Positions 18,631 to 27,929 of a DNA stretch of 55,137 nt are shown here, piece by piece. Numbering within the stretch: position 1 is the first letter of the stretch; each line of letters starts with the position of its first letter. The DNA lies in assembly GCA_043742705.1 (NCBI GenBank), contig JAYTXY010000056.1:1-55137 (forward strand), given 5' to 3'. The notes beneath the pieces are model-generated. The model was not told the DNA's origin, made no database searches, and worked only from the letters and a program-made list of their open reading frames with translations. This stretch comes from Bacteroidota bacterium. Lineage in GTDB: Bacteria > Bacteroidota > Bacteroidia > AKYH767-A > 2013-40CM-41-45. The position numbers and the translations under genes are program-made.

Positions 18631-18715
18631 GAATGAAAATTGAAGAATGAAAATTGAAGTTTAATAAAAATCGATTTTGTCTGAATATTCATTATTCAAT
18701 CTTCACTATTCAATG
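18631..18715. repeat. Intergenic hairpin with 14-nt duplicated-unit arms (lipB start / PGI-PMI stop)
   Basis: The left arm is (aatgaaaattgaag)x2 at 18632-18659. The right arm 18688-18715 is the imperfect reverse complement (units attgaatagtgaag / attgaataatgaat, 10-11 of 14 each). Confidence 0.6.
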
Positions 18716-18716
18716 A

Positions 18717-19709
18717 TTAGATTTTCGCCAACGAACTTTTCAAATGATTAATTACCTCAATCTCCATCGCATCCACGTTATTTTTATCTGCGAGGTAACA
18801 GGAAACCCAATCAGTCAGATTAATTAAATAGATACTGCGTTCAAGCTGCGAATTTCCTTTCGACCAAAGTTCATAAACATGAGGAGTGTATTTCGGAAAA
18901 ACTTCTTTGCAGATTTCAATGCGTGTCTGCGTACGTGAGTAATCTGTTTTATTACGAAGAAGAATTACTCCCAGATCACTCCATCCTCCTGCCCAACCCA
19001 CCAGTTCATTGTGGTTCATTTCAGGAATGATGTGATGCCAGCACAATACCTTGCTGTTTTCATTCAACTGCTGGCGAAACCGCGTTGCTACACCGTTGTA
19101 GCCATCGACAGCATAGATGACAGGAATTTTCTTGTACAGGAATTCAGCCATCTTCATCGCTTCTTCTTTGATGTTTTTTTCTTCCGAAGTGATTAATTCA
19201 ACAGCGCCTTTCAATTGCGCTTTAAACGAATCACCAATCAGTTTCATTCCGTGAAGAACAAAAAATAATTGTGTTAATGAATATCCGAGGCAGGCGCGTG
19301 GAGGCATTCCACCGGGAATAGTGATCAGTCCGCAGTTGTTGGCTTTTGCCATTTCGGAAATTTTTCCTCCGGAAGAAATGCAGACAATCGTTGCTTTCGC
19401 CTTCAAAGCAGCCTCCATGGCCTGGATGGTTTCTTCCGTGTTTCCTGAATAAGAGGAAACAATCACCAGCGTATTTTCATTTACAAAAGCCGGAAGAAAA
19501 TAATCTTTGTTGACAAGAATCGGAACCGAACATTCCTGCGCTACAATTTCTGAAACGATTGTGCCGCCAATGCCGGAACCGCCGAGTCCTGTAATCATAA
19601 CATTGCGGATTGCGGATTGCGGATTTTGGATCGTAGATTTTCCTCCGATTTCAATCGCTTCGCGAAGTTGATTGGGAAAATTTTGCACTAATTGTTTCAT
19701 CTCACTCAT
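18717..19709 (-). CDS. Bifunctional phosphoglucose/phosphomannose isomerase (SIS domain family)
   Basis: 330 aa. Contains [11 protein letters not shown] and SYSGNTEET (SIS motifs) and a C-terminal PGI/PMI-type domain. Confidence 0.85.
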   Translation of the reverse strand: MSEMKQLVQNFPNQLREAIEIGGKSTIQNPQSAIRNVMITGLGGSGIGGTIVSEIVAQECSVPILVNKDYFLPAFVNENTLVIVSSYSGNTEETIQAMEAALKAKATIVCISSGGKISEMAKANNCGLITIPGGMPPRACLGYSLTQLFFVLHGMKLIGDSFKAQLKGAVELITSEEKNIKEEAMKMAEFLYKKIPVIYAVDGYNGVATRFRQQLNENSKVLCWHHIIPEMNHNELVGWAGGWSDLGVILLRNKTDYSRTQTRIEICKEVFPKYTPHVYELWSKGNSQLERSIYLINLTDWVSCYLADKNNVDAMEIEVINHLKSSLAKI

Positions 19710-19789
19710 GTAAAAAGATTTGTTTTAATTTCAGGGGGCAAAGATAAGAATTATGAGGGGTTTAACAGCAGGTCAACTATCTCAAATCT

Positions 19790-19819
19790 ATCCGCAATTT
19801 TAGATTCGAAATCCGCAAT
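19790..19819. repeat. atccgcaat x2 direct repeat in the PGI-PMI/lysS divergent region
   Basis: Copies lie at 19790-19798 and 19811-19819. They are complementary to (attgcgg)x3 at 19602-19622 inside the PGI/PMI CDS and closely resemble the right arm of the 32552-32625 hairpin. Confidence 0.7.
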
Positions 19820-19826
19820 CTCTGTA

Positions 19827-19834
19827 TATCTTTG
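19827..19834 (+). promoter_or_regulatory. Candidate Bacteroidota -7 promoter box for lysS
   Basis: TATCTTTG matches TAnnTTTG and lies 23 nt upstream of the lysS ATG. Confidence 0.45.
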
Positions 19835-19856
19835 CGCCCCTATTACTCTTATTTAT

Positions 19857-21395
19857 ATGGAACTCTCTGAACAGGAAATCATCCGCAGGCAAAAATTAGA
19901 CGACCTCATCAAACTCGACATCAATCCGTATCCGGCTGATTTATGGGAAGTTTCCCATTCGTCAAAATACATTCTCGATGTATTTGATACCAACCCTGAT
20001 GAGTTGAAAACCATTTCTTTTGCCGGTCGCATCATGAGTGTGCGTGATATGGGAAAAGCTGCATTTGCTGTACTTCAGGATAGCGCAGGAAAAATTCAGA
20101 TTTATGTGAAGCGGGATGAAATTTGTCCTGGAGAAGATAAGATGTTGTACGATGTTGTCTGGAAAAAAATGCTTGACATCGGTGACATCATCGGTGTAAA
20201 AGGATATGCATTCCGCACTAAAACAGGTGAGATTTCCATTCATGCGAATGAAGTTCGGCTGCTTACCAAATCACTTCGCCCTCTTCCTGTCGTAAAGAAA
20301 GATGCTGAAGGAAATATCTTTGATGCATTTACAGATCCTGAGCAGCGTTACCGTCAGCGTTATGTAGATTTAATTGTAAATCCTGAAGTGCGTGAAGCGT
20401 TTATCAAACGAACGCAGCTCACCAATTCAATGCGGTCTTACCTGAATGACAAGGGATATCTTGAAGTTGAAACTCCAATTCTTCAGCCATTGTATGGCGG
20501 TGCTGCAGCGCGTCCATTCAAAACACATCACAACACGCTTGATATGACGCTCTATTTGCGCATTGCCAATGAGCTCTACCTGAAACGCCTGATTGTTGGC
20601 GGATTTGACGGTGTATATGAATTTTCAAAAGATTTCAGGAATGAAGGAATGAGTCGTTTCCACAATCCTGAATTCACTCAAATGGAGTTGTATGTAGCTT
20701 ACAAGGATTACGAGTGGATGATGAACCTCGTGGAAGAAATGGTTGAAAAAATTGCACTCGACCTTCATAGAAAAACAGATATCACAGTTGGTGAACATGT
20801 GATTAATTTCAAACGTCCGTGGAAACGGTTTACGATGTACGAAGCCATTGCTCATTATTCAGGTGTTGACATCACCGATATGAATGAAGAGCAACTCGCT
20901 GCCGCTGCGCGTGGCATGGGAGTTCACATCGACAAGACGATGGGTCGCGGAAAAATGATTGATGAAATTTTCGGAGAGAAGTGTGAACCGCATCTCATCC
21001 AACCGACTTTTATTACGGACTATCCTGTAGAGATGAGTCCGCTTGCGAAGAAGCACCGTAGCAAACCCGGAATGGTGGAGCGTTTTGAAGCCATCTGCAA
21101 CGGAAAAGAAATCTGCAATGCATTCTCAGAATTAAATGATCCAATTGATCAGCGGAAACGTTTTGAAGAACAACTCGAGCTTGGAAAAAGAGGTGATGAA
21201 GAAGCGATGCAACTTGACGAAGATTTTCTGCGCGCCATCGAATACGGAATGCCTCCAACAGCAGGACTGGGTATCGGTATTGATCGTTTGACGATGATTA
21301 TGACGAACTCTGCTTCCATTCAGGATGTTTTGTTCTTTCCGCAAATGCGGCCCGAACATAAAGTTGAAATTGAGAATATCGGGACGCATTCATGA
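19857..21395 (+). CDS. lysS: Lysine--tRNA ligase (class II)
   Basis: The conserved N-terminus [17 protein letters not shown] starts at ATG 19857. Contains the motifs [20 protein letters not shown] and GLGIGIDRL. The track ORF start at 19692 overlaps the divergent gene and is rejected. Confidence 0.93.
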   Translation: MELSEQEIIRRQKLDDLIKLDINPYPADLWEVSHSSKYILDVFDTNPDELKTISFAGRIMSVRDMGKAAFAVLQDSAGKIQIYVKRDEICPGEDKMLYDVVWKKMLDIGDIIGVKGYAFRTKTGEISIHANEVRLLTKSLRPLPVVKKDAEGNIFDAFTDPEQRYRQRYVDLIVNPEVREAFIKRTQLTNSMRSYLNDKGYLEVETPILQPLYGGAAARPFKTHHNTLDMTLYLRIANELYLKRLIVGGFDGVYEFSKDFRNEGMSRFHNPEFTQMELYVAYKDYEWMMNLVEEMVEKIALDLHRKTDITVGEHVINFKRPWKRFTMYEAIAHYSGVDITDMNEEQLAAAARGMGVHIDKTMGRGKMIDEIFGEKCEPHLIQPTFITDYPVEMSPLAKKHRSKPGMVERFEAICNGKEICNAFSELNDPIDQRKRFEEQLELGKRGDEEAMQLDEDFLRAIEYGMPPTAGLGIGIDRLTMIMTNSASIQDVLFFPQMRPEHKVEIENIGTHS

Positions 21396-21405
21396 ACATC
21401 TTCTA

Positions 21406-21424
21406 AGCTACCTGTCAGGTAGCT
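21406..21424. terminator. Hairpin between convergent lysS and the AAA+ ATPase gene
   Basis: agctacct gtc aggtagct is a perfect 8-bp stem, followed by gttt. Confidence 0.55.
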
Positions 21425-21434
21425 GTTTCGCTAT

Positions 21435-22559
21435 TCACAATCTCTGCAACCACCTTGCAAAGAAAACATCATACACAAAATATTTTCCATCTTCCTGCAC
21501 AATCATTTCCCTTTCAAGCAATGCTTTGAGTGCCGTTCTTACAGAGCTGTTCGCCCCCAATTTATATTTGTGAATAAAGTCAGCTCCGCTGGGAGCTTTT
21601 ACTCCGTCTTCCTTTGCAACAGCCACTAAAAGATTCCATTGCTGCTGTGCAAGCAATGAGCGATAGTTAAAAAATCCTGCTTCGCGTTCTTTGATGATTT
21701 CGTAAAGCATTTCCCTGACCATCTCTGTTGTAAGGCTTTTTTCGTGACGGTAATACAACTTGTTGCAGACAGATTGAACGTAAAAAGTTACCGTTCTTGT
21801 CCAGTCTAATATGTACTGAATGTCTTCATCAGAAATTTTCTTCTCTCCTCTTTTGAAATGCATTTTAATAAAAGAAGAATAAACAGTGGCATTGATTTTA
21901 TTCAGCTCCATCAAATCCGTGCTTTGATAAAACGGACGCTTTGAATCAGTAAACATTTCCATCAACAGATGTTTCTGGCTCCCGGAAAAAATAAAAGAAA
22001 CATTCGGCAAAAACTGAATCTTTGAACGCAACAATGCTTCTGTATTTCTTTCAGGATAATCCAGCACCTGCTGGAATTCATCAATGGCAATAACTATTTT
22101 TGTTTTTCTGGAACGTTCTTTCAGGTATTTGAATATTTCCTCAAGCGTATGAACAGCTTCCTTTTCTGAACCGATGTCTATGGATATTTCCGGCTCTCCT
22201 GTAAGCGTATCATACGTTATTTTCGGGCGGAGCAATGAAATAATTTTCGTTGCCTTTTGCATGAGCTGAATTGCTTTCGCATCCAGTTTGCCAAGCACAG
22301 CTCCTGCAAATGCATTTACAAATTCCTTCAGGTTATTGGTGGCCATAATGTCGAGGTAAATCACTGCCGTGCTTTTCTTTTTTGAAAGCAGGTGAAATAC
22401 ATGTTGTATCAAGCCTGTCTTACCGATCTTTCTCTGGGCAAATAGCGTGATGTTTCTTTTGTTTTCGATGGACTTAAGAAGGGCTTGCGTTTCTTTCTCA
22501 CGGTCACAGAAATATTCCGGGCGTTCATAGCCGATCAGGGAAAACGGGTTATCAATCAT
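21435..22559 (-). CDS. AAA+ ATP-binding protein (Arch_ATPase/ATPase_2 plus DUF234-type wHTH tail)
   Basis: 374 aa. Walker A is AQRKIGKTG and Walker B is VIAIDEFQ. The C-terminal ~80 aa resemble the DUF234 winged helix. Confidence 0.75.
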   Translation of the reverse strand: MIDNPFSLIGYERPEYFCDREKETQALLKSIENKRNITLFAQRKIGKTGLIQHVFHLLSKKKSTAVIYLDIMATNNLKEFVNAFAGAVLGKLDAKAIQLMQKATKIISLLRPKITYDTLTGEPEISIDIGSEKEAVHTLEEIFKYLKERSRKTKIVIAIDEFQQVLDYPERNTEALLRSKIQFLPNVSFIFSGSQKHLLMEMFTDSKRPFYQSTDLMELNKINATVYSSFIKMHFKRGEKKISDEDIQYILDWTRTVTFYVQSVCNKLYYRHEKSLTTEMVREMLYEIIKEREAGFFNYRSLLAQQQWNLLVAVAKEDGVKAPSGADFIHKYKLGANSSVRTALKALLEREMIVQEDGKYFVYDVFFARWLQRL

Positions 22560-22572
22560 TTATCGCGGGTTT

Positions 22573-22607
22573 TACGTAGCGTACTTTATGTAGCGTAAAT
22601 TACGCTA
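22573..22607. promoter_or_regulatory. Candidate operator: repeated gtagcgta half-sites including a perfect 8-1-8 palindrome
   Basis: tacgtagcgta lies at 22573-22583. tagcgtaa-a-ttacgcta lies at 22591-22607, in the divergent region between the ATPase/wHTH gene and the M28-PDZ peptidase. Confidence 0.4.
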
Positions 22608-22668
22608 TTAAATATTTATTCTGCAACTTTTTTAAAGATTTTCTTACTTTGCATCAAATTCCCCTATC

Positions 22669-24357
22669 ATGTTTTACAAATACAGGCATTTTTTCTATTC
22701 TTTCCTGGTCGGCTCTTTCTTCTTTTCATGCAGCACCTCACAACATCTTCCCATTACCGATGATCAGTTAAAAATCAGCCTGAAGAAACATATTTCCACA
22801 CTTGCTTCCGATGCTTTCGAAGGACGTGAAACAGGGACGAACGGGGAACGGCTTGCTTCAGATTACATCATCTCTCAATTCAAAGAGATCGGGTTGAAAC
22901 CCAAAGGTGAAAAAAAATTCATCCAGGAATTTCCGTTTACAGAAGGTGCTGAGATTGGTAAGAGCACACAGCTTTACATCAACGCACGATCTTACAAACT
23001 CGACACTGATTTTTTCCCGCTGCAATATTCCGGAAATGGAATCGTAACCAATTACATTACGCGTGTTGGTTTTGGAATTTACGCTCCCGCTCTCAAGCAC
23101 GATGACTACGATGGAAAAATGAATCTCAACAAGAGAATTTTCCTGATTGAATCATCTTCTCCGGATGGAAGCAATCCGCACGGTAAATATGGAGATTATG
23201 ATTTGGCACAGCGTGTTGAGTATGCAAAATCGCGCGGAGCTGCTGCTGTAATTTTCATCAACTCCGATACAACCGTTGATAATCCGAAAGCGGATTTCAT
23301 GCATAAGTTTAAAGCGTCAACCATTCCTGTTCTTTTTGTAACCGGTCATGCAGCAAAAATTCTGAAAGACAGTGTGGTGACGAATTGCACCGTTGGTGCA
23401 GAAATTCATAAGATTGAAAAGGTCGGACACAATGTGATCGGTTTTCTCAATAATCAATCAGCAACAACCATAGTTATTGGCGCGCATTACGATCATCTTG
23501 GATATGGCGGAGAAGGTTCCTTGTATCGCGGTGAACGGGCCATTCACAACGGTGCCGATGACAATGCAAGCGGGACAGCTGCGTTGATTGAAATTGCAAG
23601 ACGATTAAAAAGTTCCGGTGACAAAAAAAATAATTACCTCTTCATCGCTTTCAGTGGTGAGGAAAAAGGATTGCTTGGTTCAAATTATTTTGTGAAACAT
23701 CCGACCATTGATTTAAGGTCTGTCAATTACATGATCAACATGGACATGGTCGGACGACTTAAGCCGGAAGAAAAAGTTTTGCAAGTGCATGGAATCGGAA
23801 CTTCTCCATTATGGAAAACAGTAGTTGATACTTTGGCTGATGGTATTAAAATTAAAGCCTTAGAATCAGGTGTTGGCCCTTCTGATCATACTTCTTTCTA
23901 TCTCGAAAATATTCCTGTGCTTCATTTTTTCAGTGGCACACATTCCGATTATCACAAGCCAAGTGATGATGAAGCATTAATCAATTATGACGGAGAAATT
24001 TCCATCGTAAAAATAATTCTGAAAACGATTGATCGCTTGAATGATTCCGGGAGACTTGTATTCGTCAAAACAAAAGATGACAGCAATGATGACGCTCCGA
24101 AATTCAAAGTAACGCTGGGCGTAATTCCTGATTATGCATTTGAAGGAGAGGGCATGCGCATTGATGGCGTAAGTGACGGAAGACCTGCAGCAAAAGCGGG
24201 ATTACTGAAAGGTGATGTTGTTCTCCAATTAGGCGAACATAAAATAACCGACATGATGACGTACATGAAAGCGCTCGGTAAATTTTCAAAAGGAGGAACA
24301 ACGAAAGTGAAAGTGAAACGAGAGAATCAAGTACTAGAGAAAGATATTACATTTTAA
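22669..24357 (+). CDS. M28 family metallopeptidase with PA domain and C-terminal PDZ domain
   Basis: Lipoprotein-like signal (FFFSCS). Contains HYDHLGYG, GADDNASG, FSGEEKGLLGS, NMDMVG and PSDH. The C-terminal GMRIDGVSDGRPAAKAGLLKGDVVLQLG is a PDZ domain. Confidence 0.88.
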   Translation: MFYKYRHFFYSFLVGSFFFSCSTSQHLPITDDQLKISLKKHISTLASDAFEGRETGTNGERLASDYIISQFKEIGLKPKGEKKFIQEFPFTEGAEIGKSTQLYINARSYKLDTDFFPLQYSGNGIVTNYITRVGFGIYAPALKHDDYDGKMNLNKRIFLIESSSPDGSNPHGKYGDYDLAQRVEYAKSRGAAAVIFINSDTTVDNPKADFMHKFKASTIPVLFVTGHAAKILKDSVVTNCTVGAEIHKIEKVGHNVIGFLNNQSATTIVIGAHYDHLGYGGEGSLYRGERAIHNGADDNASGTAALIEIARRLKSSGDKKNNYLFIAFSGEEKGLLGSNYFVKHPTIDLRSVNYMINMDMVGRLKPEEKVLQVHGIGTSPLWKTVVDTLADGIKIKALESGVGPSDHTSFYLENIPVLHFFSGTHSDYHKPSDDEALINYDGEISIVKIILKTIDRLNDSGRLVFVKTKDDSNDDAPKFKVTLGVIPDYAFEGEGMRIDGVSDGRPAAKAGLLKGDVVLQLGEHKITDMMTYMKALGKFSKGGTTKVKVKRENQVLEKDITF

Positions 24358-24807
24358 CTTTTTTCACGCAAAGGCGCAAAGTGCGCAAAGTTTTTTACAA
24401 TGACAGAGAATGATATTGCTAAAATTTTAGTCGATATTTTTTTGAATGTGCATAAAAAATTGGGGCCCGGTTTGTTGGAGTCTGTTTATGAAGAAGTAAT
24501 TTGCTATGAATTGAAACAAGCGGAATTAAATTACCTTCGTCAACAAGGAATCCGGGTAATGTATGACGATGTTGCTATGGATTTAGGATTTAGAGCAGAC
24601 ATTATTGTCGAAAACAAAGTTATCATTGAAATAAAATCCATAGACACAATTGCTCCTGTTCATAACAAACAACTTCTCACTTACCTCAAACTTTCAAATA
24701 TTAAACTGGGATTGCTCGTCAACTTCAATGTTGAATTAATAAAGGATGGAATAAAGAGGCTCGTAAACAATCTATAACTCTTTGCGCCTTTGCGCGAAAT
24801 AAAAAAA
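24358..24807. mobile_element. Candidate inverted-repeat-bounded single-gene cassette (cargo: GxxExxY gene) filling the peptidase-gpsA gap
   Basis: cacgcaaaggcgcaaag (24365-24381) and ctttgcgcctttgcgcg (24780-24796) are reverse complements, 16/17. They are extended by a T-run (24359-24364) pairing with an A-run (24797-24807). The unit gcgcaaag is repeated 2-3 times per arm. Confidence 0.5.
24400..24777 (+). CDS. GxxExxY protein (PD-(D/E)XK nuclease superfamily mini-protein)
   Basis: 125 aa. Contains GPGLLESVYEEVICYEL (GxxExxY) and RADIIVENKVIIEIKS (D...ExK). It is bounded by gcgcaaag-unit inverted repeats. Confidence 0.85.
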   Translation: MTENDIAKILVDIFLNVHKKLGPGLLESVYEEVICYELKQAELNYLRQQGIRVMYDDVAMDLGFRADIIVENKVIIEIKSIDTIAPVHNKQLLTYLKLSNIKLGLLVNFNVELIKDGIKRLVNNL

Positions 24808-24810
24808 CAC

Positions 24811-25809
24811 ATGGCTAATAAACCAACCGTATCAGTTATTGGAAGCGGAAGCTGGGCAACTGCTATTGTGAAAATACTTTCCAACAACGTAAACAAAATA
24901 CATTGGTGGTTCCGGAATCCAGAGACGGTTGAGTTTGTAAAAAAATATCATCACAACCCGAATTACCTTAGTGATGTTGCCATTGACCTCAAAAAAGTTG
25001 TCGTGAACAACGATCTTACTCATTCTATCAAAGAAGCCGACATTGTCATTCTCGCTGTTCCTTCTGCCTTTTTAAAATCTGCTCTTGAAAAAATAAAGCC
25101 GGAAGACTTCGGAGGCAAAATAGTTTTTTCCGCTATCAAGGGAATTGTTCCTGACGACCTGATGATCATCGGTGATTTTATGCATCATCAATACAAAGTT
25201 CCGATCAATAAAATTGGTGTCATCACGGGACCTTGTCATGCAGAAGAAGTAGCGATGGAACGCTTGTCTTACCTCACGCTTTCCTGCACCGATACTGCAA
25301 ACGCTTCTCTCCTGGCAGGACTAATGAATTGTCGTTACATTAAAACAACTGTGAGTGATGACATTTACGGAACAGAATATTCTGCAGTCTTGAAAAACGT
25401 GATTGCCATTGCAAGCGGAATTTGTCATGGTGTAGGTTTTGGCGATAACTTCCAGGCTGTGCTTGTATCGAATGCCATCCAGGAAATAAAACGATTTGTG
25501 GATGCTGTGCATCCGATCAGCCGCGACATCAACGACTCTGCTTACCTCGGAGATTTATTGGTGACTGCATATTCTCAGTTCTCGCGAAACAGGATGTTCG
25601 GTACAATGATCGGTAAAGGATACTCTGTGAAATTCGCGCAGCTTGAAATGAACATGATTGCAGAAGGATATTACGCCACGAAATGTATTCATGAGATAAA
25701 CAAAAAATTTAAAATTCACATGCCGATTACTTCTGCTGTGTATCACGTGTTGTATGAAAAAATTTCCCCTCGTATTGAGACCAAACTTCTCGCTGATCAA
25801 TTAAGTTGA
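24811..25809 (+). CDS. gpsA: NAD(P)H-dependent glycerol-3-phosphate dehydrogenase
   Basis: The GSGSWATA Rossmann motif lies near ATG 24811, and the GpsA C-terminal domain (AEGYYATK) is present. The track start at 24790 lies inside the repeat arm. Confidence 0.9.
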   Translation: MANKPTVSVIGSGSWATAIVKILSNNVNKIHWWFRNPETVEFVKKYHHNPNYLSDVAIDLKKVVVNNDLTHSIKEADIVILAVPSAFLKSALEKIKPEDFGGKIVFSAIKGIVPDDLMIIGDFMHHQYKVPINKIGVITGPCHAEEVAMERLSYLTLSCTDTANASLLAGLMNCRYIKTTVSDDIYGTEYSAVLKNVIAIASGICHGVGFGDNFQAVLVSNAIQEIKRFVDAVHPISRDINDSAYLGDLLVTAYSQFSRNRMFGTMIGKGYSVKFAQLEMNMIAEGYYATKCIHEINKKFKIHMPITSAVYHVLYEKISPRIETKLLADQLS

Positions 25810-25813
25810 GATC

Positions 25814-27820
25814 ATGGCTTTTCCAAAAAAAAATTTTCCGGAAACATTTTTCTTTTTTCTTATTGTCGGATTCCTGAGTTATTGGCTGTATGTCAGCCGG
25901 ATCAGTTTATTTCCTTCCTTCATTCATGCATGGACACAGAGTGATCGTTACGCTCTTGCATTGGGATTTCTCAACAACGGTTTTGATTTCTTCCACCCGC
26001 AGACTTTCAATCTCATTACTGTAAACGGAATCACACAGGTTGATTTTCCGATTCACGAATATGTTGTTGCGTTGCTAATGAAACTCTCGGGAATTCACGA
26101 ACCGGTAGTTTTCAGGATGTATACGCTTTGTTATGGAGTAGTTGGATTGTATTTTATTTTTCGCCTTGTGAAAGATTTCGGAGGAACATTCTTCCATGGT
26201 TTGTTTGTGGCACTATTTATAATGACGTGTCCTGTTTTCACGTATTACCTCGATGGATTTCTTCCTTCCATTCCATCTTTCGCAAATGCGATGATTGGTT
26301 ACTATTTTTTCTTTCGGTATAAAAGAGACTCCGTCCGGAGAGATTTTATTCTCTCTATTCTTTTCTTCACATTGGCTGCGTTGGCACGTTTGCCATTTAT
26401 CATTTTCCTTTTTGCGATTTGTGCCCAACAACTCCTGGACTATCTCCGGAGAAAAAAGATGAATCGTCCTGAACTTTCACTGATGGCAGGCGGATTAGGG
26501 TTTGTTCTGCTTTATTTATTCTACAACATCTTCCTTGCGAAAAAATACGGCTCTCAGTTTCTGCTTGCTTTAATGCCTGCGGAAAGCATTGCTGACTTCA
26601 AAGAACTCTTCTCCCGTGTAATTGCGCAGTGGAAGTATGAATATTTTTCAACCTTCCATTATTACACCTTGGTCGTGATTCTTGTTTTTACAATTTCTTT
26701 CATCCTGATTAAAAAAACAATTTCAGAAAACAAGTTCATGCTTACGCAACTAGTCATTGCATTCTGCGGAAGCGCTCTTTATTTAATTTTGATGACACAA
26801 CAATTTCCGGAACACGATTATTATTTCATTGACTCCTTTTATCCTGTTGTTGCTTTGCTTCTTGTTTACTGCATACTCAGAATACAAACACCTTCTCCCT
26901 TATCGAAGATCTTTTTTACGCTTGTCACCTGCTTGATGATTTATTTTTTCAGCACTGCGACAAGCAAGGTGCAGGATGAACGATACAAATTCCAAACGTG
27001 GGACCGGACAGAAATAACGCGACAGAATTTTACAGGTGCTGAACATTTTATTGATTCCATCGGAATTTCAAAAGATGCAAAAATGCTCGTGCTGGATGCA
27101 TATACGACCAACACTTCCTTGATCCTGATGAACAGAAAAGGCCATACACTGTTGTGGACAACAAAAGAAAATATAGACACCTTTCTGAAAAAAGATGTTG
27201 ATTATGTTGTCATGCAAAATTGCTTTCTTCCTTCCGACATCATTCATTTTGATCCTGAAATTATTGCGCAACTCGAAAAAGTGGCTGATAACGGAACCAT
27301 CAGCATTTATCGAAAAGAGAAAAAAGAAAATCGAACCCTGGACGAATTTCTTGGAATTAAAAAGGAAACAACTTTATACAATTGCTTTAATGATTTTGAA
27401 AGCGACAGTTCCTGTAAGAATGCAGACTTATCAAAACGATCCTCCGAAAATAAATTTGACGGAACATCTTCCCTGCTCGTGGACGGCATGACTGAAGATT
27501 CTCCGACATTTCATTTTGTTAAAACAGATCTTCCGTTTGTAAAGTCAACACAGGTTTTAATTCATTCGATGATCTTTCGGGAAAACGACATGAAAGATAT
27601 TTATGTGGTCGCATCACTGATTCACGGAAACGAAACTTATTTCTACAGAGACTTCAGCATGAATCAATACATTGGAAACACCACAGGCTGGCAGGAAATC
27701 ATGTTTCAATTTGTACTTCCAGAAATAAAAAGCAACGAAGATCGGTTAAGTATTTATTTCTCGAATAAAAGTAAAAGCAGATTTTATCTCGATGACTTCA
27801 GGCTGACGATGCACCGCTGA
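25814..27820 (+). CDS. GT-C-like (ArnT/GT39-83-like) polytopic membrane protein with a C-terminal jelly-roll/CBM-like domain
   Basis: 668 aa. Many TM segments are followed by a soluble tail of roughly 240 aa ending ...SRFYLDDFRLTMHR (a CBM-like final strand). The family is inferred from architecture. Confidence 0.6.
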   Translation: MAFPKKNFPETFFFFLIVGFLSYWLYVSRISLFPSFIHAWTQSDRYALALGFLNNGFDFFHPQTFNLITVNGITQVDFPIHEYVVALLMKLSGIHEPVVFRMYTLCYGVVGLYFIFRLVKDFGGTFFHGLFVALFIMTCPVFTYYLDGFLPSIPSFANAMIGYYFFFRYKRDSVRRDFILSILFFTLAALARLPFIIFLFAICAQQLLDYLRRKKMNRPELSLMAGGLGFVLLYLFYNIFLAKKYGSQFLLALMPAESIADFKELFSRVIAQWKYEYFSTFHYYTLVVILVFTISFILIKKTISENKFMLTQLVIAFCGSALYLILMTQQFPEHDYYFIDSFYPVVALLLVYCILRIQTPSPLSKIFFTLVTCLMIYFFSTATSKVQDERYKFQTWDRTEITRQNFTGAEHFIDSIGISKDAKMLVLDAYTTNTSLILMNRKGHTLLWTTKENIDTFLKKDVDYVVMQNCFLPSDIIHFDPEIIAQLEKVADNGTISIYRKEKKENRTLDEFLGIKKETTLYNCFNDFESDSSCKNADLSKRSSENKFDGTSSLLVDGMTEDSPTFHFVKTDLPFVKSTQVLIHSMIFRENDMKDIYVVASLIHGNETYFYRDFSMNQYIGNTTGWQEIMFQFVLPEIKSNEDRLSIYFSNKSKSRFYLDDFRLTMHR

Positions 27821-27860
27821 TTCAGGGTTGCTAAACAACCTTTAATCTCGTATTTCATTT

Positions 27861-27890
27861 CATAGCCCACGGATTAATCCGTGGGCTATG
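27861..27890. terminator. Perfect 13-bp hairpin between the convergent GT-C-like gene and uvrC
   Basis: catagcccacgga ttaa tccgtgggctatg. Confidence 0.6.
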
Positions 27891-27929
27891 TTGGAATAGA
27901 ATTTATAGCACAATGGATTTATCCATTTC

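Noticed and set aside
19692-19856. A 55-aa N-terminal extension of lysS given by the ORF track.
   Set aside because: It overlaps the divergent PGI/PMI start and the promoter region. The conserved LysRS N-terminus begins at ATG 19857, which is preceded by a TAnnTTTG box.
21435-22559. The stand-alone AAA+ ATPase as a defence system (for example an abortive-infection or AVAST-like system).
   Set aside because: It is a single gene with no nuclease, protease or other effector partner. The Arch_ATPase plus DUF234 architecture is common and not established as defence.
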